Made by a program: the position numbers and the translations under genes. The notes below the pieces were generated by a model that was not told where the DNA came from, made no database searches, and saw nothing but the letters and a program-made list of their open reading frames with translations. A stretch of 63,949 bases of DNA, the filler included, from Octopus bimaculoides (Eukaryota): the NCBI RefSeq assembly GCF_001194135.2. It is 6 parts of 5 records of this genome, joined end to end, with 100 filler letters (N's around TTAATTAATTAA, not from the genome) between each part and the next. Parts side by side here need not be neighbours in the genome. Positions count along the whole stretch, not along the records: positions 27,619 to 59,579 come from NC_068982.1; 5 more parts are not named here. One strand, written 5' to 3'. Shown piece by piece: positions 36,995 through 49,108 of this stretch. Numbering within the stretch: position 1 is the first letter of the stretch; each line of letters starts with the position of its first letter.

Positions 36995-38748
36995 TTCGTT
37001 GAAAAATATACTTCGCTGTCAGGATTCTTCGGTTTTGAACCTACTGCTTGGCGTCTCTATGCACTATCTTCTACTATTGCCTTGATTCAACCAAAATATT
37101 GCTAGTGATAATGAGTAAATAGTGTATTGAAGCTCGTCCAGTAAATCAGAGGGCCAACTTTGTAACTTACGGTTTTTGGTGATTACCCCTTAGAAATGCA
37201 TTAAGAGTATAAGTGTCCATTAGATACTCAGCTATTGAATACTTACCCACTCGTAAATTGAGTGAATAGTTGTTTGTGCCTTGCGTCACTAGATTATATC
37301 AGGCACAAATAATGGATTTATATTCAAAACTGTGGAAATAAGTGATGGCTTTGAGGAAGCTAGATTTGATCTTCGTCGGAAGATCATGGGTATAAAAATT
37401 TGCAAAGTTAGTCACAAGGAAGACGACCTTTACTCTCTTAGGGAAAGTAATTTATTCGGCTTAGCGACATATCCTATCACGGATATTTATTTTAGCAATT
37501 CCGGGAGAAATGCTACCTCGACCCCAACCGGATATGAACACGAAATATATATAAAGGGGACATTTCATATAGCATGGCATTGTGACCATCAGTTTTGTAA
37601 TTCTCCTACATCAACGGCCTAATAATAATGATAAAGGTTTCTAACGTAGATACAATAACAATAGTAATAATAATCAAATGAAATAATAATATGTGTATCA
37701 AAACTTTAATGGCCAAATCGAATGTGCATTAGCAGTTTATAAGTAATATAGTCTGGAAGTAATGGATTCTTATTTTATGAGAAAATATATAAATTCCCAT
37801 TTAAATGAATGCAAATATTTTTGCAAAGATATCAAAAATAATAAAATATTTTGATGCAGTTAAACATATAAAAAAATTTGCACATTTTAAAAATTTTATT
37901 GTTTTATTTTATTATTATTATTTTTTTTTTTTTCGGGGCACTTTTGATTTTGGAAACAGACTAGTAGTTGCTGAGAAAAAGAGAATAGAATTAAAAAATG
38001 ATAAAAGGTAGGGTGGGAAGGAGAAGTATTGTTAAGTAGAACAAAGCACTGAGTGTATGATGCTGTTTTTCGCTGTATTCTTGAAAACGTAAACATCAAC
38101 TATAACATTGTTGAAAATTATTATTATAGCTGTGAAATATTTTTAAAAATTGCTATTTATTGCATTGGAAAATATTACATGTCTATATATAGATACACAC
38201 GTATTGCACAAAAACATAAACCTGTGCATACACATACACATACACAATCAAAGACACGCGTTAACAATACAACACTACACACTCACACTAAAACGTACAC
38301 AGAAACAAATAATACTTCCAAATAAGCACACAAAGAACTACACAAAGCACACATCTAAGCATAGAAACGTCAAACCCTGGGTAGCAACTCAAATACACTC
38401 GACTTCAAATAAATATTATACCAATCTGCCTAGCAGCAATTGAGTACGTTTTCGCTTAATTACAGTTCACACCATAGTAAAACTAGAAATATTATATATA
38501 TGTATATNNNNNNNNNNNNNNNNNNNNNNNNNNNNNNNNNNNNNNNNNNNNNNNNNNNNNNNNNNNNNNNNNNNNNNNNNNNNNNNNNNNNNNNNNNNNN
38601 NNNNNNNNNTATATATATATACACATATGCATTCATACATATATGTATATGTATAAACCAAATCAAATAAAATGAAAAACAAAAACAACAGAAGTCCAAG
38701 TAATATTAACGTTCACAGTTAATATTGATATGTTGACGCTTATATATA

Positions 38749-38801
<53 letters not shown>

Positions 38802-38849
38802 CTCTGCGTACGCGCGAGCATTCGCTTGTATGTATGTGTGTATGTATAA

Positions 38850-39600
38850 ATGCATTATTTCAAGCTGCTTTCAGTGGTACTGGTAACATACAATTCAGTC
38901 CAAGCAGTTACGTAGCCGATTCGTCAGCAGTTAAATCTGCACTCTGAACTGGTTACTCGGGCTCGAAACAGTGCAGAACAAAAAGCAAGGTCTGTTAAAA
39001 CGGTGGATGAACCCAGTATAAAGTAAACAACTAAGAAATGTTCATGGAGACATAGAAACACTCGAGGTAATTAAAAAGAGCTCTATGAGAAATTTAAGAA
39101 CGCTTGATTCATCTTCCTTGTCAGAACACTTATCTTGGAGAAGGATAGTCCGATAGAAAACCTGAGATTTATTCAGCCTCTAACAATCACAATCAATATC
39201 GAACCATTGTACTTGTTACAATAAATATCGAACCAAGAACTGTACAAGAGACAAATAGGGGAAATGAAATTAAAAACAAACAAAAAACAAAAACCAGTTA
39301 ACAGGAGAACAGTAAATGAAGCCCAAACCATATGTAGATTCTTCATACAAGGTATCTGCCGGCACGGAGAAATGGGGGAAAACTGCCGCTATGCTCATCT
39401 CAAGCTCAAGCCGAGTAACACTCAACCTAGTAGCCTACTCTCCATTTAACAAACAAGGAGGAGAAAAAATGCACCGAAGACCATAACCCACAGTTTTGTG
39501 GGTAGACACATTATATAACATTTACAGACATCAAAAAACGGTATGTAGATGCAGTGCGAACAGCAGCAGTCGAACAAAAGACATTTTAAAGTATGGTACA
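38850..39600 (+). mobile_element. Decayed LINE ORF1 region with CCCH zinc finger
   Basis: ICRFFIQGICRHGEMGENCRYAH (C-x7-C-x8-C-x3-H) in a stop-ridden context with no splice support; a second finger remnant follows. Confidence 0.5.
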
Positions 39601-39614
39601 AATTTTTAAGTATG

Positions 39615-40076
39615 TTGTTTGTCAACAACTTTCGGCGGTGTATATTTCATTGGTCACTGTTATTTATGACATATTTCATCTCAGTTACGTTCGTATGAAT
39701 AAACGAATGTATCTGAAGCACGTTTACTTCACGACACCACTATAATCGTTTGTGCATTTCTACTGCTTTTAGGGTTTTTTTCCTGTTTTTCAGCTACTAT
39801 TTTCGGAAAGACTTCCTTCCGTCCCCTCCTATTTTCTTGCAAATTATTGTTTTTCGGATACGGAGATTCCGGAAAATTGCCAAAAATCGGAATTCTGAAA
39901 TTTTTGGCCCCCCACTCCAATTTCTTCATTTTTCACTTTTTTCCGTAACCCTAACCCTAAAACCCTAACCCTAACCCTAAAACCCTAAAGCTAAAACTAG
40001 TACAAACACACGAACGATGTCATAAATAACAGTGACAAACGAAATATACACCGCCGATAGTTGTTGTTGACAAACA
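39615..40076. mobile_element. TIR element (about 58-bp TIRs) with internal (CCCTAA)n telomere-like repeats
   Basis: TTGTTTGTCAACAACTTTCGGCGGTGTATATTTCATTGGTCACTGTTATTTATGACAT pairs with 40017-40076; CCCTAA array at about 39947-39988; the right end abuts a gap. Confidence 0.8.
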
Positions 40077-40371
40077 ANNNNNNNNNNNNNNNNNNNNNNN
40101 NNNNNNNNNNNNNNNNNNNNNNNNNNNNNNNNNNNNNNNNNNNNNNNNNNNNNNNNNNNNNNNNNNNNNNNNNNNNNNNNNNNNNNNNNNNNNNNNNNNN
40201 NNNNNNNNNNNNNNNNNNNNNNNNNNNNNNNNNNNNNNNNNNNNNNNNNNNNNNNNNNNGTGTCTGTCCACTTTACACACGGCCACTTCACACATTAATT
40301 CAGAGAGTCGGTCATTCTGTTGATCGACCAACGGAATATTCATCGTCGTAATCGACGACATATCCATACAC

Positions 40372-40429
<58 letters not shown>

Positions 40430-41092
40430 ATGTCTGTCTGTCTGTCTCTTCCCTTCTCTCTGTCTTTCTCTCACTGTGTGTGTGTGTGCGTAATTGTAGT
40501 AACTGGATTGTGGAAGAATAATTTTAGCAGCTTATAATCATAAAACAATGTTAAATTCAGTTTTTATTTAGTTTTGATGTGTTAAGGGTTTCGTTATACT
40601 ATTGTGAGCCGGTCTCTGTCACAGTTTCACTGCAACCGTTTGAAAGTCACTTAATTGCCTGCGCATATTGACCTCCGATTCTTTCTTGTCGAATTTACAC
40701 TTATATGTTGTACTCGTTTTGAGTGACATTGACCTCTTGACATTGCTCATTTCCATTGTCCCATGCCTTTGTCACTTACAGCTCCTGTTCTTTTGTCCTC
40801 TTACAACTTTATATATACCATTGCCATCATTCCACCTTATTCTGCCCTTCCATTTTCTTATCTTCATTGAATTTATTGGATTTATGCTTATCACGTTTGC
40901 TATCTATAGACATAAGGTATACTTTTCTTCTTAATAGTACATGTCTAAAGAAATTAAGTTCCTGCTATGTAGATAAAATTTTATTTTCTTAAAGAATGAA
41001 GGCATAACCCCAGTCTAGAAATACTGTCGACAAACGTATCTATCTGTTTAGACCGGTATAGACATACATATGTACACACAAGCGCGCGCATA

Positions 41093-41140
<48 letters not shown>

Positions 41141-42228
41141 GTTACATATTTGGATCAAAATGATATTACAAAATAGCCAAACACTGGAGAAATATCTTCA
41201 AAATATAAGATAATATCCCCCAGTCGTGTATTTCAATACACTTAGAATTAGAAACAAATAAAAAAATTTCTAATTTCGTATGGCTGAATCAGAGGACGAA
41301 GAACAATGTCTGTTATTCTTTCCAGCGTCCAAAACTGATGAGAGGGAGTGAAGACGTTATTGCCTAAACACTAGTTACAAAATGGAATTCCACTAAATGT
41401 GCCTATGTGTCACGTGGTCGTGTTACACCCGACGGCATATCAAGTTTACTTCCTCAAAACATGATCGGTCCTTCTTATTTGTTTCCGTAATTTTTCTTAC
41501 TCATAATACTTTGATCAGTCAGTGGCAATGTAAAAATCCATTGCCCAAGTTGTTGTGCAGCTGTATCGAAATCAAAACTTCATTGTTGCGAAGCGAACTT
41601 CTTAACCACGCAACTATGTCAACGTCCGTAAATGCTTTTCTGTCAGCACTTTTCTTTACAACAAAAACGAAGGCAGGAATGAAAGTTCAAACAAAGTGAA
41701 ATGATATATTACGTTTTAAGTCTGAGTGGGGTCCCCGTGAAATTAAAACGTCGATAAAATAGAGATGAGAAACCAAGCCTTGCGTCACGATTTAAATGAA
41801 ATATTTCATGCCATACATACAACCTTAGTGGACACCATGTATTTCATCGTTCTGGTATTGGAACCTTGTTCGATTCAAAAATCAATGTCTACTCACGTTT
41901 GATCACGAAACTTGTATCTGCTATAATTTAAATTATTTAACACTTTACGGAGTACAATATTCAGTGCAAATCATGATAAATTCTCTTTCCAGCTATACGT
42001 TAATTTAAAATCACTTCCGAACAAATAAAATGTTCTAGAAATTGTTTCTCTTGCTTCCTTGATTTTGTCATTGATTGAAATCTGCTGCGCTAAAAAGGTA
42101 AGTTAGTGATTTCAGTAAATTACCTCATTGCGCAATTCCCTTCATATACTTGTTTATGTATTAATGTATTGCTTAATGCACTAACTATCAATATTTCAAG
42201 TACATTGATATATATATATATACATATA

Positions 42229-42273
<45 letters not shown>

Positions 42274-42904
42274 NNNNNNNNNNNNNNNNNNNNNNNNNNN
42301 NNNNNNNNNNNNNNNNNNNNNNNNNNNNNNNNNNNNNNNNNNNNNNNNNNNNNNNNNNNNNNNNNNNNNNNNNNNNNNNNNNNNNNNNNNNNNNNNNNNN
42401 NNNNNNNNNNNNNNNNNNNNNNNNNNNNNNNNNNNNNNNNNNNNNNNNNNNNNNNNNNNNNNNNNNNNNNNNNNNNNNNNNNNNNNNNNNNNNNNNNNNN
42501 NNNNNNNNNNNNNNNNNNNNNNNNNNNNNNNNNNNNNNNNNNNNNNNNNNNNNNNNNNNNNNNNNNNNNNNNNNNNNNNNNNNNNNNNNNNNNNNNNNNN
42601 NNNNNNNNNNNNNNNNNNNNNNNNNNNNNNNNNNNNNNNNNNNNNNNNNNNNNNNNNNNNNNNNNNNNNNNNNNNNNNNNNNNNNNNNNNNNNNNNNNNN
42701 NNNNNNNNNNNNNNNNNNNNNNNNNNNNNNNNNNNNNNNNNNNNNNNNNNNNNNNNNNNNNNNNNNNNNNNNNNNNNNNNNNNNNNNNNNNNNNNNNNNN
42801 NNNNNNNNNNNNNNNNNNNNNNNNNNNNNNNNNNNNNNNNNNNNNNNNNNNNNNNNNNNNNNNNNNNNNNNNNNNNNNNNNNNNNNNNNNNNNNNNNNNN
42901 NNNN

Positions 42905-42935
<31 letters not shown>

Positions 42936-43856
42936 CTTACTCACACACGTGTATGGCTGAGTGTTTCTATAGTGCAAGACTTTACATTAAACATTACATA
43001 CTGTAAAATGTCTGTTCGCTGTGCTTCAACGAAATTTCAAACTCCAACCTTTTGAGCTTCATGTTAAGTAGATTAATATCAGCCTCCTCCTTCCACCCTC
43101 CGCAAATAGATAATAGCAATGTGCTCATTCTCTTGGGAAACAATGAAACAAAAAAACACAATAACATGAAAATTCTACCTTATTTAGCGAGGTAATGAGT
43201 AAATTAAATGAGTCAGAAAGTGTTACTAAATATCCATTGAAAATATGGAATCTAGTTTAGAACTTTATATACTAAATTTTTAAATACACTAATTATTTGG
43301 TAGAGTTCCAAAATTTTAATTTTTGACGTTATTAATTATTTACTGAAATTGAGAAATCGTCATGCTTCTTGGGTATTTCGTTTTAATACATAATGGAAGT
43401 GAGAAACTATCTCAAATTAAAATTTTAAAGTGCATTCTTGCTATTCAATTCTTTAGTTTCCACGGATATTAACTGAGAGAAATGATGTAAAATCTTTTGA
43501 AACGTTGATGTACCCTCTTAATTGAATTCTGAGATAACTTGCACTTTTAACACTGTAATTCAGTAAGTCTGCTGTATGAAGAATACTTTTCGATTTTCAT
43601 CAACTTTTAATAATCTGCATTTGTAAAGTCTATGTATGAAACAAGTCTGTTGCATTAGTGACGTGTTCTTGACAGTCTGTTAATCTCATCCTTTATATAT
43701 AATAAATATTCGAATATTGATTTTTTTTTTCTTTCCAAACATAGTCTAAAGGTTTATTTTAGTATAGACGAAGATTTTTCAACGGAAAGTATACGATCTT
43801 AGGTGAATAGCCCTGCAACAACAGTGTAAGTAACAAGTAATATTACTGAAGCAATT

Positions 43857-44055
43857 AAGGCGTCAATCTGGCAGAATCGTTAGCACGCCGGATCTCGTCC
43901 GTCCTTGCATTCTGAGTTCAAATACCGCCGAGATCAACTTTGCCTTTCATCCTTTCGGATTGATAAAATAAGTACCAGTTGTGTACTCGGGGGTCGACTT
44001 AATTAACTTAGTCACTCCCCGAAATTACTGGCTGTGTGCCAAAATATGAAATCAA
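43857..44055 (+). mobile_element. tRNA-derived Nin/Deu-like SINE
   Basis: TGGCAGAATCGTTAGCACGCCGG...GAGTTCAAATACCGCCGAGATCAACTTTGCCTTTCATCCTTTCGGATTGATAAAATAAGTACCAG. Confidence 0.85.
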
Positions 44056-44331
44056 TGTAACCGAAGCAATTGTTGTAAAGTTTAAATCTTAGGCAAGTCG
44101 ACTTCGTGATTCGGTTTCAGTTGAAGCCATTTATTTTCATTATAGTGCGAATGTAATACAAGAAGGTATGAATGTCACATAATCATGTTAATTTCACTCA
44201 GCAAAACTTAAGTAGTCGTATGTAATTAATAACACAATATATTCTTCTAAACTGTCATACATTTCAAAAAGTTAACAACAATTTAACAAACGTCTTGTTA
44301 TTTCTTTTATTAAACATTTTATGTGACAGAT

Positions 44332-44720
44332 GCAGACACGGCTGTGTGGTTAACAAGCTCGCTTTACTACTACATATTTTTAGATTCAGTCCCATTAGGT
44401 GGAACCTTGGGTACGTGTCTTCTACTATAACCCCTGGCCGACAAATGCCTTGTGGGTGAATTTGGTTGTGTGGAAGCCCACCGCATACACTCATGCGCGC
44501 GTACACATCATATGTGTATGCGTGTGTGTTTGTCCCACTCACCGTTTGACAATGTTGTTGGTTTGTTTACATCTACGTAACTTAGCGGTTCGGCAAGTGA
44601 GAGAATAGAATATATACCAGACTGTAAAAAGTAAGCACTGGGTTCGATCTATTTGACAAAAAGCCTTCAATGTGCCCCAGCATGACGCGGTCCTATGACT
44701 GAAACAAGTATAAGATAAAA
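44332..44720 (+). mobile_element. tRNA-derived SINE (family of 23589-23976)
   Basis: GGCTGTGTGGTTAACAAGC head; CAGCATGACGCGGTCCTATGACTGAAACAAGTA tail. Confidence 0.8.
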
Positions 44721-45694
44721 CATAATATATTTTATGTGAGTCATCTATATTTGAAAATCTTGCTCAATAATGGCGTACGCACAACGCTGAATTTGTGAAG
44801 TGATTTCTTTGTTTTTTAAATAAAAGAGCGAAAAAGCAGGCACAAAAATTAAAGAAAGTAATGAAACAGAATGGAAGTGAAAGAAAAAAAATGAAAATTC
44901 AAAAAAAGAAAAAGAAAAAAGAAAATGAAAAAAATCAAGATAAGAGAAAGGGGTGAAAATATATGAGAAAGTCTTTGACAATTTTGATGCCATTACGCAG
45001 TCGTATATGGAAGATCTGTATTAAAAGTGACCTATGCAAGAGCTATTTTAGTTTTGTTCTGAGATGCAAAACGTTCGAAATCTAGCGAACTTTGATTACG
45101 CCAGTATCCCCAAGGGATAGTAAAGAAATGGCTATTCGAGAAAGTATTTTCATTTTCTGAGTCATCATTATGGTCATCATCATTATAGTCATTAACAACA
45201 GCAACAACAACTTAACACAGCATGACCTAGTTAGCAAATACTTTAGAGTACAACTTTCTTTATGTCCAACTGGCATATCTTGATATTGGACATTCCTTAT
45301 TAATGAACTGTTGGGATGAATATATTTAGGGAAAATAAATCATCAAGAAATGCGTGAAAGTTGATTCGCTATTTCTTCGGGAACGAAAATGTTCTGAAAC
45401 TTTATGAGCCATCTAATTTATAGTTGATTAATTTGTACCGTCGTCGGCGTTGGTGAACCTTCAACACATGCGAAATAGATAAATCTCCGCTGTCCCAGTT
45501 GACAGATTTCTTCGCTCGCCGTCAGTTGCTGATCAAGCGAAGGAAAGGCTGGGTAATTTTTAGAATGTTATTCTCGCTAGAATAATAATTTATACTTATT
45601 AGGAAGATGTTCTGCTTGTTCTAATTGAGTCTAGGAATACTCAGAAGCGAGTTAGAGGGTTGTAAAGAAAGTAATCATTATGAAGTAAATATTG

Positions 45695-46600
45695 ATTTCA
45701 ATTTTTGGCACATGGCCGGAAATTTCAAGAAAGGAGTTAGTCGATCGCACCGAACCAGTAATCAACTGGTACTTATTTTATCAACTCCGAAAGGATGAAA
45801 GCCAAAGTCGATCTCGGCGGAATTTGAACTCAGAACCTAAAGATGGATGAAATGCTGTAAAGCATTTTGCCCAGCGTGCTTAACGGTTCTACTAGCTCAC
45901 CGCCTTGTATTACGTAAATATTAAAGACATGCAGGAGATGGGCTGTAGACTAATATCTTGCTGTTGCTAGATATGTTCCATTACGCTCTGAGTTTAAATT
46001 CCATAGGTGTCAAGTTTTCCTTTTATTATCATTATGGTTTTAATAAAATATGAACCGGTCAAGTATAGGAACTCCTCCGTGAATCAAAGTTGATTATTCC
46101 CCTGCACATGTATACGGATTCCAGCAATGTTTATCGTAGGAAACGACCGCAGACTTGGACATTAGTGTCGCCGTAGGTGCAGCTTTCAGGATCGCAAAGA
46201 ACAGGACAGATGCCACAAGGCATCTATCCTGTCCCTTGCCCCTCTAACAGTTCTGCCAATCCACCTTCTAGGATTGGTACTTTTTTTTATCGTGCCCAGA
46301 AATTTGAAAGACGAAGTTGGTCACAGCTGAATTTGAAATCAGGATCCAGAGTCGAATCGAGACGAATACCACAAGGTATTCTGTCTAGCACTTAAACAAT
46401 GCTGCTAATTTGCTCCCTTAAGTGTTGGTATTGGAAACCCTTATTAGAACAGAAGAAGTAACAGGACGGTCGAATTGTCGGACTTGTGGTATTTCATTCT
46501 GATCCTGTACGTTATGAGTTTAAATCCCACTGGTCTCATTTTCATGTTTCTCTATGGCCTATATAAGTTCCTTGCATATACTAGGGCCAGTCTGATTGTT
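45695..46600. mobile_element. Cluster of four Nin/Deu-like SINE copies in alternating orientation
   Basis: 45695-45907 (-) is clear; about 45930-46110 (+), 46180-46420 (-) and 46460-46600 (+) are decayed. Confidence 0.6.
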
Positions 46601-49045
46601 TATTCTCTTCCTCAGCATATGTAGTTTTGTGTTTATCTCATACAAACAGGAAAACAGTAGACAAAAGAAAAGATATATTTAACAACGTACAACAGGTTTG
46701 ACAGTATACAGTCTTCGAAGCGGATCTTCATGTCGATATTGCTTTACTGAAGACACGAGTAGTAGTAATATTAGGGATCGTCTTAAGTAATTCGCCACCT
46801 ATTTTCCAGTGTATTGCTCGGTAATTTCCTTTGTATAAGCTTAAGTGTGTCTAATGGTGAGCGACGTAAAGCAAGAGTTAAATCTGCGAGCTGGTTTCGA
46901 TTTCAGATTTATTCTAATGAACTTCACTTTATGTCTTTCAATGCATTATTGACGCCGTGACCATCTTACCCTTATGTATATACTTGACTACATTGCTCAC
47001 TGTGATTTCAATCAAAAGAATTTGGCTGCTACTTTTAGTATGTTAAGCATCCATGTTGGCTAGAATAAGTGAAAGGAAATGGTTTCAAGCATGAATTGAA
47101 TCCGACTTAGAGATGTGTGGTATTTTTCATTATATTCTACTTGCCATAAACTAAACAAATATCGATCCCTTAATCAAATAGAAAGATAATTAAATCTGCT
47201 TCAGTATATTATTGATACTTATTTTATCGACCCTGATAGGATTCAAGGTAATCATGTCAGAATTTAAAATCTAAAATTAGAAGACGGAACCTCGATAAAA
47301 TAAATCATTTAGGCCAATGCTTGGCTGTTTACACTACCCCACTATTCTTAGAAAGTAAGCGAACTCTTATTGATTGTTTTATGGCAATTAGAGATCAATC
47401 TATTCTTGAAGTGATAATGATTGCTTTTTAAATCACATTCGCTGATTTAGTCTCTCAACTGTTCAAATTGGATAGAAAGGAATTTTATCTAAATTAAACT
47501 AAATCATTCTTCCAACAATCTCTTAAGTCATTTTCGCGGTCGGCCTCTCAAGTATCTATTAAAACCTAATCCTGGGCTATTTTACAGTTTCTTTTTCGTC
47601 AAATTAATTTCAAGTTTTAAAATTCCGACATAAATGTATTTAAAAACTGCACACAAGAATGAACTCATTGTCATTATACAATAATTCAGTTCTATTCATT
47701 GTAAAATATTTAAAAGCGGTTTTTAACACTTTGCTTACATTTTTTCTGAAGGCAGTTGTTGCTTCTTATTTTCCCATTTGTAAGTTACATTTCCAAAAGA
47801 ACTGCTCTGCATTTATTTAAATCTAAATATAATTATATAATCTATATACTCTCGAACTAATGAAATGTATTGAATATATGAATAAAATCTAAATAATCTA
47901 ATTATATTAATAATATAATACACATGCATACATATATGCATGTATGTGTGTGTGTGTTTGAGTGTATTCATATACGAAAACTCTGGTGAAGCTATGTCTC
48001 AGTGTCACACTGCCACTCGCCTATAGCTGCAGAGTTCCTTATAGCGGAAACTTGTGTAAACACAAATAAACGTGATTACGTAACGCACTTTCTTATATAA
48101 TTCATATATATATATATATAGTTTAAAAGAAGAAAAGAAAATTGAGATTAAGAAGTTAATTGTTTATATATGTATATATCTATATAATAAATGAAAATTT
48201 ATTATAAGTCTAAGTTTATATCATAACACCTGCTATTATTGCCGAAGAGCACACGCTGAAACACATATTGAAAGGAAATGCTAACTGAAGCAACATTTGA
48301 GTACCTAACATCTTGCATACAATAAAAATGTAGGCATTGTTAGATTGAAAATGTTATGACTCGAGGGACAATCATTGGGCTTTCTCAGCAACTCTTTAAA
48401 AAATGCTATGCGTGTGTCATACAGAGAGATGTATTTGTCTTCATTCATTTAATACAAAATATAGCTTTCAGGATTGTGATGGGCATAAAAGACGCAGCGA
48501 AGAAGACTAAGAAGATGCGGTTAATGATTCTTTCGACTCCATTTAATGTTGGGATACATTTAATAAAATTGTCATTAAATAAAATGGAATCCATGATATT
48601 GTCATTAATATTATTCACCTTCCAATATTCTTAGTTGGTGAAATTCATCCTAAAATTGTCTGCGCTACACGATATTTCATCAATTTCCATTACTCGCCTC
48701 TCCGTCTACCTGTCTTTCTATATTTAACAGTATACACTCGGCACACTCAATCCTATTACAACTAGTACTTGGATGAACCTTGCTATATATTTTTAAAAAT
48801 CTATTTTGTATTTACTTCTGATAAAATTTTATTTAACTTTCGCTTAAGTCTCTGTCCAAAACTGCTATATACTTCGATAATTGTTTTGACATTTTGTTCT
48901 CAATTTAATCAAAAAAATCTATTTCTCTCTCTCTCTCTCTCTCACACACACACGGACACGTTCTCAGGTACAATAAACATCCTTATATGTATGTGTGTGT
49001 GTGCGTGTGTATGTGTGTATGTGTGCTTGTGTGCATTTGTGTATG

Positions 49046-49108
<63 letters not shown>

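Noticed and set aside
39947-39988. True telomere or chromosome fusion site
   Set aside because: Short array enclosed by TIRs with ordinary sequence on both sides.
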